Shown: one piece after another, positions 46,047 to 56,430 of the stretch | Layout of the letters: each line of letters starts with the position of its first letter | How positions within the stretch are numbered: position 1 is the first letter of the stretch | From: an uncultured Acidobacteriaceae bacterium | GTDB taxonomy: Bacteria; Acidobacteriota; Terriglobia; Terriglobales; Acidobacteriaceae | Length of the DNA stretch: 64,000 bases | Assembly (NCBI GenBank): GCA_963848515.1 | Contig: CAWKEG010000021.1 | Location: forward strand, 29,591 to 93,590 | Reading direction: 5' to 3' | Translations under genes and position numbers: made by a program | Notes under the pieces: model-generated | Databases searched by the model: none | What the model was told of the DNA's origin: nothing | What the model saw: only the letters and a program-made list of their open reading frames with translations

Positions 46047-46600
46047 AATCAAGAGCACGCCTATCAATCACCAGACCAACACAATCGAATTCATAGACCG
46101 GAGTCCTGCCGCTCATAAAATGGCATTGGATCAAACCGAGCTCACGGGTTCAAGATTCCCATTGGTTGCTTTGCCGAAGCCCAGACTCTTTCATGACGAC
46201 AAGGGCGTTTTTCAGGATCTATCTAAAGATCGCCGAGATCGATGAACGATTTGGCCTTTTGGCCTCCATTCAGGATCGTGAGGAATCAGATCGGCGAACG
46301 CTGGCCGATTTGTCGTTAAAAAAGGCGGTCTGGATGAACGGTACAGTAAGCCCGCTTGTCAGAGAACGATCACCTCAGAGTCGGCGAGCGCTTTGCCTTG
46401 GCTTTGCAGTAAGCTGTTCGAAAGCGGACATCCGATCCACAGATGGACAGTGTGTTGGCGGAGCCGGGAGATAATGCCGCAGCCTATGTCGATGACGGAT
46501 AGAAACTTACCGTCAAACGTGTTTTGGCACATTGCATGCATGTCCTGATAGAGCAAGACTCTGGTTCCCCAAGATCAAACTTCATTTGAAGGAGATAGGC

Positions 46601-49033
46601 GTGAGAGGGCTGCTTCAGGATTTTCGTTTTGCCTTGCGGCAACTTCGCAAGAATCCGGCATACACGATCGCGGCTACGCTGATGTTGGCAGTTGCCATTT
46701 GCGCCAACGGCACGGTGTTCAGCTGGATTGACGGGACGATGCTGCACCCGATACCGGGAGCGCGCGATATGAGCTCGCTGGTAAGCGTGATGCGAGGGCA
46801 GTGGAATACTTCGCCGACTCCGCCATTCTCCTATCTCGATTACCGCGATCTGCGGGACCAGAATCACAGCTTCGAGGGAATCATCGCGTATCACAACGAT
46901 TGGCTTGCGTTGACCAGCGGAGCCGAGCCGGAACGGATCTATGTTGCCAACGTGACTGCGAATTTCTTCGATGTACTCGGCGTGAAGCCCCTCTACGGGC
47001 GTTTTTTCCGTCCGGAAGAAGAGGCTGCAGGGCGAAGCATTCCGTACGTTGTTATCAGCTACTCGCTCTGGAAGACGCATTTTGCGGGCGACCCCGGGAT
47101 TGTGGGCAAGTCGCTGGAGATTGCTCGCCACCAGGTGACAGTGATCGGCGTGGCGCCGAAGGGTTTCGTCGGTGCGGCGCCGGGGCTGCGGGACGATATG
47201 TGGGTTACGCTCGATCCGCTCGGAACGGGCGGTTGGCGGATGAGCGAGCGCAGCGGGAATTGGCTGATCATGGTGGGAAGGCTGCGGCCGGGCGTGAGCC
47301 GCGAGCAGGCAAACCAGGATCTTGAGACCATCATGCGGCGGATTGTGGCGGCGTATCCTAACGATCACCTGGGCACGAACACGATCACGCTCGATCCGAT
47401 GTGGCGGTCGCCGTTCGGCGCGAACGGATATATGGCGACTACGCTCCCCATCCTGCTGTCGATTGCAGGGATGGTGTTGCTGCTGACGTGCACTAATGTG
47501 GCCACGCTGACGCTGGTGCGGTTTGTGTCGCGGCGGCGCGATATCGCAATCCGACAGTCGCTGGGCGCAGGTCGCGTGCGCGTCGTCCGGCAGATGATGC
47601 TCGAAGGCGTGATTCTTGCCCTCTGCGCGGGAGCGGCGGCGTTTTTCCTGACTCTGTGGACGGCGAAGTCACTCGCACTGTTCATTCCGGCGAACGCGAT
47701 CCCGGTCTCGATCAACGGCATGGTCGATCCCGGCGTTGTGATCGCAATTGTGGCTCTGGCAGTTCTGGCGAGCCTGCTGTGCGGGGCATTTCCGGCCTGG
47801 CGGTCGTCGCAGGTATCGGCGGCGGAGGTGCTCAAGGAGGAATCGGCAAGCGTATCGGGCAGTAAGCACAATCGGCGGTTGCTTAGCGGCCTGGTGGTCT
47901 CGCAGGTGGCGCTCTCGCTTGCTCTGCTGGTTAGCTCCGGACTGTTTTTGCGCACGCTCAGGAACATTGCCCATGCAGATCCGGGATTTGAGCAAGATCA
48001 TGTTTTGACCGCGTCCGTGGGATTGAACATCTCCGGCTATCCGAATGACCAAAGGCGGTTAGTCCGCGACAAAATTCTGCAGCGCGTGGAGGCATTGCCC
48101 GGCGTGACCGTGGCTTCGCTTACCGACTGGGTTCCGCTGACGCTGACGCGAAAGACGGAGGATGCGTATCCGGAAGGATACGCGCCACGGCCGCATGAGT
48201 CGCTGGAAGTAGGGAGAGCGGATGTATCGCCGCGGTACTTCGAGACCATGGGGATACCCATTCTGGAAGGGCGCGACTTTACGCAGGACGACAATGAGAA
48301 AGCGCCGCTCGTACTGATCGTGGACCAGACAGCGGCGAACCGGTACTGGCCGGGGCAGGATCCGATGGGGAAAAAGCTGAGCATAGGTAGCAGCCTGTTC
48401 ACGGTGGTCGGCGTGGTGAGGAACTCGAAGCACCTGATGATGAGTGAGCGGCCCGGGCCCATGGTCTATATCAGCTATTATCAGCAACCGGGCCCGGAAC
48501 TTATCGTGCAAATGAAGACCATGGGCAATCCGGCGGGTCTGCTGCAGGCGGTCGAGGGCGCGATCCAGGAGGTTGACAGTCGGCTCCCGGTTTATGACGT
48601 GCGCACGATGAGGGAGAGCACCGCCTTAGCGAGTACGTTTGTCCTGATGCAGAGCACGTTCGCGGGGATATTCGCGATCATCGCGCTGGTTCTGGCGGCC
48701 ACGGGCATTTATGGCGTGATGGCATACCGTACCGAGCTCAGGACGCACGAGATCGGCATCCGCGTAGCTTTGGGTGCCTCGCGAGTGGATGTGATGAGGC
48801 TGGTGCTGATCCAGGGAATGCGGCTGGCTGCCATTGGGCTGGCGCTGGGACTGGCTCTTTCGTTCGGGCTGACCCGCTTCATTGCCGGTCTGCTGTACGG
48901 CATCGGCGCCAATGACCCATTGACGATTTTTACAGTGGTGATTCTGCTTGCGGCGATGTCATTGCTGGCATGCTACGTTCCGGCACGTCGAGCGATGCGG
49001 GTGAATCCGGTGACGGCGATCCGCGAACACTAA
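46601..49033 (+). CDS. ADOP-type duplicated MacB/FtsX-like ABC permease
   Basis: GGAG then GTG start; LLQDFRFALRQLRKNP, two MacB-PCD/FtsX units, EIGIRVALGA and PARRAMRVNP; no ATPase gene adjacent. Confidence 0.9.
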   Translation: MRGLLQDFRFALRQLRKNPAYTIAATLMLAVAICANGTVFSWIDGTMLHPIPGARDMSSLVSVMRGQWNTSPTPPFSYLDYRDLRDQNHSFEGIIAYHNDWLALTSGAEPERIYVANVTANFFDVLGVKPLYGRFFRPEEEAAGRSIPYVVISYSLWKTHFAGDPGIVGKSLEIARHQVTVIGVAPKGFVGAAPGLRDDMWVTLDPLGTGGWRMSERSGNWLIMVGRLRPGVSREQANQDLETIMRRIVAAYPNDHLGTNTITLDPMWRSPFGANGYMATTLPILLSIAGMVLLLTCTNVATLTLVRFVSRRRDIAIRQSLGAGRVRVVRQMMLEGVILALCAGAAAFFLTLWTAKSLALFIPANAIPVSINGMVDPGVVIAIVALAVLASLLCGAFPAWRSSQVSAAEVLKEESASVSGSKHNRRLLSGLVVSQVALSLALLVSSGLFLRTLRNIAHADPGFEQDHVLTASVGLNISGYPNDQRRLVRDKILQRVEALPGVTVASLTDWVPLTLTRKTEDAYPEGYAPRPHESLEVGRADVSPRYFETMGIPILEGRDFTQDDNEKAPLVLIVDQTAANRYWPGQDPMGKKLSIGSSLFTVVGVVRNSKHLMMSERPGPMVYISYYQQPGPELIVQMKTMGNPAGLLQAVEGAIQEVDSRLPVYDVRTMRESTALASTFVLMQSTFAGIFAIIALVLAATGIYGVMAYRTELRTHEIGIRVALGASRVDVMRLVLIQGMRLAAIGLALGLALSFGLTRFIAGLLYGIGANDPLTIFTVVILLAAMSLLACYVPARRAMRVNPVTAIREH

Positions 49034-49310
49034 ACAATGTAATCCGGGTGCGTCATCAACTTTCAGCGAGAGACGCCGAGGGCGTGGACGTCACAAGACG
49101 TTCAGTCGCGACCATGCACGATTTCAGGATCTATGCCGGCAAGTGCCAAAGGCTCCGGGCGCACTTCTGGAATGACGCCAAATCGCCTAAGCACTCATCG
49201 AGCACAGATGGGTACCGATAAGTCGGCAAACGTCCAGGAATAGGACGATGAATGGCCGGGTGCCCCCTTAGTCTCGCGGCGGAAGGCCCGGGATTGAGGC
49301 CGCTCACACT

Positions 49311-50420
49311 CTAGGTAAGCTTCACCAACTCATAACTGGTGCTGCGCCCGCCTTCGGCGCTCCGGACCAGCAAGCCGCGCTCGACGAGTTCCTGTATATC
49401 GCGCAGCGCCGTATCATGCGAGCACTTCGCCAGCGTCGCCCACTTGGCAGTCGTGAGCTTGCCCTCAAATCCGTCGAGCATTCGGTTCAGTACCAGCCGC
49501 TCCCGCGCGCTCAACGGCAAGCCGCCAACCCGCTCCCAGAAGCGCGTCTTGTCCGGCACGGTTTTGAGCGAGTCTTCTGCGCCCACGATGGCGCGGTCAA
49601 GGCAGGCAAGAAACCATTGCATCCACGCCGTCACATCCAGTGTGGCCTTCTGTGTCTGTTCGAGGATGCGGTAGTAATCGTCCCGCTCGTGGCCGATCTG
49701 CGCGGACATGCTGTAGAAGCGCTGCGGACTATTCTCCGAGCGCGCCAGGGCCATGTCCGCGATGGCGAGCGCAATGCGGCCGTTGCCATCGTCGAACGGG
49801 TGAACCGTTACGACCCAGAGATGAGCTAGCGCGGCCTTGAGCACCCAGTCTGCTTCGTTCTCCTCGTTGAACCACGCCAGGAACTGCGCCATCTCCGCGT
49901 CCAGGCGAGCGGCCGCCGGAGCTTCGTAGTGGATGTGTTCACGGCCCATGGGGCCAGAGACCACCTGCATCGGGCCGGTGCTGTCGTCGCGCCAGGCGCC
50001 GGCGCGGATTCGCCTCATGCCGCTACTGGCGGTAGGGAACAGAGCCGCATGCCACGCAAACAAGCGCTCCCTGGTAAGGGGCTCGCCAAATTTCTCCGTC
50101 GCGTCGAGCGTCACTTCGACAATGCCCTCGACGTTCCGGTCGACAGGCTTCAGCGCTCCAATGTCGATCCCGAGCCTGCGCGCAATCGACGAGCGGACTT
50201 GATCGGAATTCAGGTGCTCGCCCTCGATCTCGCTGGACTTGACCACGTCCGCGGTCAGCGTGTGGAGCGCCGCTTCCTGCCGAGGCTCAAAGCCGAGCGC
50301 TTCCATCCGTCCAAGCAATCGGCCCTGCCTGTGCCGCACGGCAGCCAGCGGTTCCGCCAGCGCCGCGCGGTCGAAGCCGAAGTGGGGCCACTCCGGTTGC
50401 TCATAAAGGTAGGGAGACAT
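49311..50420 (-). CDS. Fic-family protein (DUF4172-type N-terminus, C-terminal wHTH)
   Basis: YLYEQPEWPHF, SSEIEG inhibitory motif, HPFDDGNGRIAL and GGRSTSY. Confidence 0.9.
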   Translation of the reverse strand: MSPYLYEQPEWPHFGFDRAALAEPLAAVRHRQGRLLGRMEALGFEPRQEAALHTLTADVVKSSEIEGEHLNSDQVRSSIARRLGIDIGALKPVDRNVEGIVEVTLDATEKFGEPLTRERLFAWHAALFPTASSGMRRIRAGAWRDDSTGPMQVVSGPMGREHIHYEAPAAARLDAEMAQFLAWFNEENEADWVLKAALAHLWVVTVHPFDDGNGRIALAIADMALARSENSPQRFYSMSAQIGHERDDYYRILEQTQKATLDVTAWMQWFLACLDRAIVGAEDSLKTVPDKTRFWERVGGLPLSARERLVLNRMLDGFEGKLTTAKWATLAKCSHDTALRDIQELVERGLLVRSAEGGRSTSYELVKLT

Positions 50421-50731
50421 TCTACGCATCCTTTGCGTAGATTATGGCAGCTATTCGACGCAAAAAGCAAATATATCTACGCACAATTTGTGTAGATTAA
50501 GACCCTAATCGACGCACCACCGCCCCGGCCCGAGTCTTTCCCCCGCTCATGATAGCCAAAACCCGCAAAAAACAGCCCTCAAACGCACTTCTAATCGATT
50601 AGAAACACGCTTTTAACGCGTTTTAACGCTCATTTCGGGTAGTTCGGAGCAACCCATGCCCGCTTTTCCGCACTTTGTAGACCAACAAACGCTCGCTTTA
50701 GGTGGTCTGAAAGGTTAAGTAACTGAAAAAC

Positions 50732-50819
50732 CGCAACCTTCTAAGCCAACATTTGCAGCGAATTCGCAACCTTATAAGCGAACGTTTCCCGCTTTCGCGT
50801 AACCATCTAAGCGAACATT
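50732..50819. repeat. Three 22-bp direct repeats at exact 33-bp period
   Basis: Starts at 50732, 50765 and 50798; consensus CGYAACCWTMTAAGCSAACRTT; followed by the palindrome tgtttcgaaaca (50823-50834). Confidence 0.8.
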
Positions 50820-50896
50820 ACCTGTTTCGAAACAGTCACTTACGCCTAAATCCTCTGTTTACTTGAGCATCGCGTTCAAATTCGCGCTGCGGAGTT

Positions 50897-51793
50897 TCAG
50901 AGTTGGAAGCTGAACTCGGGCAACACACCTGTCTCCGCAGCCATCCGGAAGAACCCGCGCATCCCTTCTATGCATTCTTGGTCGAGGTCGTAGTGGATGT
51001 TGGTTGAGAGATAAGAGCGGATCGTCGCCTCGGGAATGGGGAGCTTGCGGGACCATTCGGCAGCCAGGGCTTCAATGTTCTGGAGGCCGTGGATGCGGGA
51101 TTGATTCAGATCGTCTGCGACTCTCTCATCCAAAGGGCTGCCGTGCGCAGCACCCCAGACGGCGGAGACGAAGGGAAGTCCGGTGAGTGTGTGCCACTCG
51201 TGGGCGAGATCGTGATAGACGAGTTCTTCGCCGGTGCGTTCGAAGCGATTGGAGCGTTCTTCCAGGGCAAATAGTGCGGGATCGCCAATAACGACGGCTG
51301 CTTCAGCCTTGTCGAGCATGGAGTTGAGATCGGCGGCCATGGGCACGAAAGGAACATCAGGGTTGCCCCACTTGTGAAAGAGGATGCGGGTGTAGGCGAT
51401 GGTGGTGCGGCTGGCGGTGTCGGCCGCAACGGAGCGCAGAGTGGCGAGGGGCTGGCTGGCGCGGCGAACCAGAAGCAGCGAACGGACACGGCCCTTCGAG
51501 GCGATGGTGCAACCGGGCAGGATGCGCAGGCCGGGCGTGGTGGCCAGGGCGGCGATGGGAATCAGACCGATGTCGGCGGTGCCGGCGGCCAGGCGGCGCG
51601 CGCATTCCGAGGGTGTCATGCGGTCGATTTGATAGCGGCGAGCGAGAGGGGCGTCGAGGGGCGGATGCCCAAAGTCCCACATCAGGGGTGCGGGATTCAG
51701 AAAGCCGATCGCGGCAATGCGCAGGCGTGCATCTTGCACAGGATTCACTTCTATTAGAGTACCAATGATTTGTGAAGGAATCGAGACAGGCAA
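50897..51793 (-). CDS. mqnA: Chorismate dehydratase MqnA (futalosine menaquinone pathway)
   Basis: IGFLNPAPL, DTASRTT, VIGDPAL, DLAHEW and LPFVSAVW. Confidence 0.85.
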   Translation of the reverse strand: MPVSIPSQIIGTLIEVNPVQDARLRIAAIGFLNPAPLMWDFGHPPLDAPLARRYQIDRMTPSECARRLAAGTADIGLIPIAALATTPGLRILPGCTIASKGRVRSLLLVRRASQPLATLRSVAADTASRTTIAYTRILFHKWGNPDVPFVPMAADLNSMLDKAEAAVVIGDPALFALEERSNRFERTGEELVYHDLAHEWHTLTGLPFVSAVWGAAHGSPLDERVADDLNQSRIHGLQNIEALAAEWSRKLPIPEATIRSYLSTNIHYDLDQECIEGMRGFFRMAAETGVLPEFSFQL

Positions 51794-51803
51794 TGGGCGC
51801 CGC

Positions 51804-51832
51804 TTGACACGGAGTGCGGCGAGGGCTAAGGT
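51804..51832 (+). promoter_or_regulatory. Sigma70-type promoter of dprA
   Basis: TTGACA-17 nt-TAAGGT. Confidence 0.65.
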
Positions 51833-51915
51833 GAGCGCAAATCCCTTTGATTGGTCTAATGATTTCTTATGAGGAAGCGGAAGTGTGCAATTTCAGGGAC
51901 TAAAGAATATTAAGG

Positions 51916-53113
51916 TTGGCAGACTTGGCTGAGAATGTTGGTACTTCGCAGGCTCAAACGACTGTGAGTTCGGCGGCGGAAGAGGATCGGCTGGCGTGGC
52001 TGGCGCTGGCGCTTTCGCCGGGGCTGGGGCCGAAGCGGATTCTCGATGCGATGAACGGACTGGAGGCGCCGAGCCGGATTTTTTCGATGCGGCTGACGGA
52101 ACTCGAAGGGCTAAGGTTTCCGGCAGCGGCAGCGCAGTTTATTTTTGACGGAAAGGCGCGGGCCGCGGCCGAAACGGAGTGGGCGCAGGTAGCGGCGCAA
52201 GGGGCAACGGTGGTGAGCTTTGGGTGCGCGGAGTATCCGGAGCGGCTGAAGGAGATCTACGATCCGCCGCCGGTGCTTTGGGTGCGCGGCGATGCGCAGT
52301 TACTGGCGAGGCCTTCGATTGCGGTGGTGGGGACGCGGCATCCGACGCCGTATGGATCGGGGATTGCAGAGATGATTTCGCGGGACTTGGCCGCTCGACA
52401 ACTGCTGATCGTCAGCGGAATGGCGCGGGGAATCGATACGTGCGCGCATAAAGGGGCGCTGGCCGCGCGGATGCCGACGGTGGCTGTGTGGGGCACGGGG
52501 ATCGATGTTGTTTATCCGAAGGAAAATAAAAAACTCGCAGAAGAGATCCTGGCCACGGGTGGGGCGATTGTGAGCGAGGTTCCGATGGGCACGTTTCCTG
52601 CGCCGCAGAATTTTCCGCGTCGGAACCGGATCTTGAGCGGGTTGAGCGTGGCCGTGCTGGTGGTGGAGGCGAGCGAGAACTCTGGGACGCGGGTGACGGC
52701 GCGCTGTGCGGCAGAGCAGAACCGGGATCTTTTCGCAGTGCCGGGGAATGTGACCAATAAGGGGTCGTGGACGCCTAACACGCTGATAAAACAGGGGGCC
52801 AAGCTGGTGGCTACCTGGGAGGATGTGTGGGAGGATTTGCCCTCGCAGGTGCGTCTGGAACTGGAGTCGCTGGCGCCGGTTGAATCCAGATCGACGACGA
52901 CGGCATCCTTATTGCCTGACCCAATGCTGCGGCCGCAGGAGGCGATGGTTCTGGAGGTGTTGCAAAAGGATGCGAGCCTTCAGATTGACGAAATTCTGGA
53001 TCGGCTGGAGACGCAACTGACTTCGTCTGAGGTGTTTACGGCGTTGTTTGAGCTGGAGATGGCGGGGCGGATACAGGGGATTGCCGGGGAAGAATTACGT
53101 GAGAACGATGTAA
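51916..53113 (+). CDS. dprA: DNA-processing protein DprA (apparent +1 frameshift in GGGG at 53076-53079)
   Basis: IAVVGTRHPT, VSGMARGID, NFPRRNRILSG; removing one G gives the terminus GRIQGLPGKNYVRTM-stop at 53113. Confidence 0.93.
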
Positions 53114-53115
53114 GA

Positions 53116-53148
53116 ACAGGGAACGGGGTCAGGGATCAGGGATCAGAA
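53116..53148. repeat. Degenerate 7-bp tandem array
   Basis: agggaac ggggtc agggatc agggatc, right after the restored dprA stop. Confidence 0.65.
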
Positions 53149-53526
53149 AGACAGCGGGGTCCCGACCTGGACTGTTCTTGGAACGAGCTGATGAGTTTTC
53201 TTTTCCTGCGGATAGGGCGGGCTGCCTACGATTCCGTGGAGTGACTCTTTACAGCTGTAAACAGGGGTTTTGCGGCGGGATTTCCCGGACGCTATGGTTG
53301 GGTTCTGCGCATCCGCAGATGACGTCTCAGGTGACGAAAAAGGTCCGGGCGAGTGGAAATGCGGTGGTAATTCGTGGTAGGGTGCATAACTTGCGGCCAA
53401 TTTTTTCCTCGAATGGGACGAGCGGGCAGGCGCTGGCCTGAAGCCGGTCCCGGTCTTGGAATGAATCGAAATCGCGAAAGCTGAGTCCAACAGGGCTAAC
53501 AGGGTAGATCGGGTACTGTATTAAGG

Positions 53527-56211
53527 ATGGCAATGACCAAATCATTAGTGATCGTGGAGTCGCCGGCCAAGGCGAAGACGATCGAGAAGTATCTTGGCAA
53601 GGGCTTTGAGGTGCGTGCCTCGGTGGGGCACATCATGGACCTGCCCAAGAATGACATTGGCGTGGAGCTTGAGAATCGGACGTTTGAGCCGAAGCTGGTC
53701 GTGTCTCCGGGCAAGGAGAAGGTGGTGGACCAACTGAAGAAGTTGGCGGCCAAGGCAGACGAAATCTATTTGGCGCCTGACCCGGATCGCGAGGGCGAGG
53801 CGATTGCGTACCACCTGGCTTTGCAACTCGGGACCAGCGCGAAAGAACGCAAGAAGATCAGGCGCGTGACCTTCAACGAGATTACGAAGAAGGCAGTGCA
53901 GGAAGCCTTCAATCACGCGCGGGATGTAGACCAGAACCTGGTGGACGCGCAGCAGACTCGCCGGGTACTGGACAGGCTGGTGGGTTACCAGATTTCTCCG
54001 TTGTTGTGGGATAAGGTGCGGCGCGGATTGTCGGCGGGACGTGTGCAGACGGTTGCGGTGCGACTGATTGTGGAACGGGAACGGGAGATTGGCGCGTTCC
54101 AGCCTTTGGAGTACTGGACGCTGGACGCGATGCTGCACCCGGAGAAGCAGGCGGAGAAGAGGTTCAAGGCGCGATTTGTCGGCATTAATGGAGAGCCGGT
54201 TCGCGTTGCCAACGGGACGGACAAGGACGGGAAGGCGCAGTGGATCTCGAACGCCCTGGCGGGCAAGGCGGCGATGGACGAAACCCTCGCCGCTCTCGAT
54301 AAGGCGCAGTGGACGCTGGCATCTGTGCAGGCTACGGAGAAGCAGCGCAGGCCAGTGCCGCCGTTTATCACCAGCCAATTGCAGAGGGATGCCTCGAGCA
54401 AACTGGGCTTCAATGTGCGCCGGACGATGGGCGTGGCGCAACGGCTCTATGAAGGCGTGGATGTTGGCGCCGAGGGGACGGTGGGCCTGATCACTTACAT
54501 GCGTACCGATTCTCCACGCGTGGCGCCGGAGGCGGTAGCGGGTGCGCGGGAGTGGGTGACGAAGAACCTGGGAGCGAAGTACCTGCCGCCGACGCCGAAT
54601 GCGTACAAGGGAAAGAAAGATGCGCAGGATGCGCATGAGGCGATTCGTCCGACGGATGCTTCGCGGACGCCGGAGTCGATTGCGCGGTATCTGAGCGACG
54701 AGCAGTTGAAGCTTTACCGGCTGATCTGGCAGCGGTTTGTAGCATCGCAGATGGTTCCGGCGGTCTACGATGTGACGACGGCGAATATCGCGGCAAAATC
54801 CGCGAAGAACGGCAAGACCTACGATTTTCGCGTCAGCGGATCGGTGCTGCGGTTCGACGGATTTCTGAAAGTGTACGAGATTGCCGAAGAGAAGAAGGAC
54901 GAAGACGACGAGAGCGCGAACAAGCTGCCGATTCTTGATGGCGTGAAGGCGCTGGAGTTGGAAAAGCTGGAGAACGAGCAGCACTTTACGCAGCCGCCTC
55001 CGCGGTACAACGAAGCGTCGCTGGTGAAGGAGCTGGAAGAGCGGGGGATCGGCCGGCCGTCGACGTATGCGTCAATTATCAGCACCATTCAAGACCGGGA
55101 GTACGTGGTGAAACATGGCGGATCGCGGGGACGGTTCTATCCGACCGAGATTGGTGTGGTGGTGTGCGATCTGCTGGTGAAGAATTTTCCGTACATCTTC
55201 GACCCGGCCTACACGGCGAAGCTGGAAACGGAACTGGACGATATTGAAGAGGGCAAGGAGAAGTGGACCGATCTGCTGAATGGGTTCTACGACTATTTTG
55301 AGGTGGAACTCAAAGATGCCGGCGAGAACATGGAAAACATCAAGCGGATGGAGCAGGTGACGGGCGAGAAGTGCGAGGTTTGCGGGTCGCCGCTGGTGTT
55401 GAAGTGGGGCAAGTTCGGTACGTTCTTTGCCTGTTCGGCCTATAACAAAAAGGATCCGACGAGCTGCACGTTTACCAAGGAGAACATCGCGGCCAAGCCC
55501 GACCTGAATACCCCCGAGGCGCAGGAGGCGGGCGAGACCGAGGAGTATTGCGAGAACTGCGGCAAGGTAATGATTATGCGGCGAGGCCTGTTTGGGCCGT
55601 TTATGAGCTGTCCGGACTATAACGCCGATCCGCCGTGCAAGACTTTCAGGAAGCTGAGCCAGAAGCAACAGCAAAAGCCGCCCGAGCCGACAGGCGAAGA
55701 CTGCCCTCTGTGCAGTAAGCCGCTGGTGCTGCGGCAGGGAGCGTATGGGGAGTTTGTCTCCTGCTCTGGGTATCCGAAGTGCAAGTACATCAAGCAGAAC
55801 CTGATTGAAGGGATGAAGTGCCCGAAGTGCGGCACCGGCGACCTGGCAGAACGCAAGGCGCGGCGTGGGAACGTGTTCTGGGGCTGCACGAACTATCCGA
55901 AGTGCGACTTTACCTCGAATCTGAAGCCGGTGGCGAAGAAGTGTCCCGAGTGCGGGAGCCCTTACCTGCTGGAAAAGACGCTGAAGTCGGGAATCTTCCT
56001 GGAGTGCCCGAACAAGAAGAAGGGCGCCGAGGAAGAGGTTGCACCGAAGAAGCGCGGGAAGAAAGTTGCGGCAGCACCGGCTGAAGAGGGCGAGAAAGTG
56101 GTGTGCAGCTATTCGAAGCGGATCGGCGATGCACCGCCTCCGCCGACGGTGGAAACGCACGGGCCGGTGGTCGAGAAGAAGGGCGGGAAGAAGGAGCTGG
56201 TGGTGGCGTAA
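53527..56211 (+). CDS. topA: DNA topoisomerase I with C4 zinc ribbons
   Basis: LVIVESPAKAKTI, DPDREGEAI, SAGRVQ, ITYMRTDS, DAHEAIRPT and GIGRPSTY. Confidence 0.98.
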   Translation: MAMTKSLVIVESPAKAKTIEKYLGKGFEVRASVGHIMDLPKNDIGVELENRTFEPKLVVSPGKEKVVDQLKKLAAKADEIYLAPDPDREGEAIAYHLALQLGTSAKERKKIRRVTFNEITKKAVQEAFNHARDVDQNLVDAQQTRRVLDRLVGYQISPLLWDKVRRGLSAGRVQTVAVRLIVEREREIGAFQPLEYWTLDAMLHPEKQAEKRFKARFVGINGEPVRVANGTDKDGKAQWISNALAGKAAMDETLAALDKAQWTLASVQATEKQRRPVPPFITSQLQRDASSKLGFNVRRTMGVAQRLYEGVDVGAEGTVGLITYMRTDSPRVAPEAVAGAREWVTKNLGAKYLPPTPNAYKGKKDAQDAHEAIRPTDASRTPESIARYLSDEQLKLYRLIWQRFVASQMVPAVYDVTTANIAAKSAKNGKTYDFRVSGSVLRFDGFLKVYEIAEEKKDEDDESANKLPILDGVKALELEKLENEQHFTQPPPRYNEASLVKELEERGIGRPSTYASIISTIQDREYVVKHGGSRGRFYPTEIGVVVCDLLVKNFPYIFDPAYTAKLETELDDIEEGKEKWTDLLNGFYDYFEVELKDAGENMENIKRMEQVTGEKCEVCGSPLVLKWGKFGTFFACSAYNKKDPTSCTFTKENIAAKPDLNTPEAQEAGETEEYCENCGKVMIMRRGLFGPFMSCPDYNADPPCKTFRKLSQKQQQKPPEPTGEDCPLCSKPLVLRQGAYGEFVSCSGYPKCKYIKQNLIEGMKCPKCGTGDLAERKARRGNVFWGCTNYPKCDFTSNLKPVAKKCPECGSPYLLEKTLKSGIFLECPNKKKGAEEEVAPKKRGKKVAAAPAEEGEKVVCSYSKRIGDAPPPPTVETHGPVVEKKGGKKELVVA

Positions 56212-56213
56212 AT

Positions 56214-56250
56214 GCCAGCTTCCAGCTTTTAGCTTCCAGCCTTCAGCCTG
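56214..56250. repeat. Degenerate 7-bp tandem array
   Basis: ccagctt ccagctt ttagctt ccagcct tcagcct after the topA stop. Confidence 0.75.
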
Positions 56251-56430
56251 CTTCTGCGGGTTCGTCCTTTGGGTGCGGCCGTAATCTTGATTGAGGTCTT
56301 GTTCGACCTCGGATCTTCCGCTGCGGCGGATGGGACTTGGGATATATCCGCGGGCGAAACTGATCGGAAAACACGGTCCTCGGCAGATTCTGGTTGAATC
56401 CGGTAGTATTGGGCATCGGAGAAGACCTGA

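Noticed and set aside
46166-46474. 102-aa ORF and transposase-remnant idea
   Set aside because: TTG start, no RBS and no recognisable DDE or HUH motif
50732-50819. CRISPR mini-array interpretation
   Set aside because: Spacers are only 11 bp, repeats are degenerate, and no cas genes are present
53114-53244. Extended DprA C-terminus in the ORF track
   Set aside because: Read-through into the heptamer array caused by the extra G; not family-like
53248-53261. Perfect 14-bp palindrome tttacagctgtaaa upstream of topA
   Set aside because: Single occurrence with no second site or nearby regulator; could be chance
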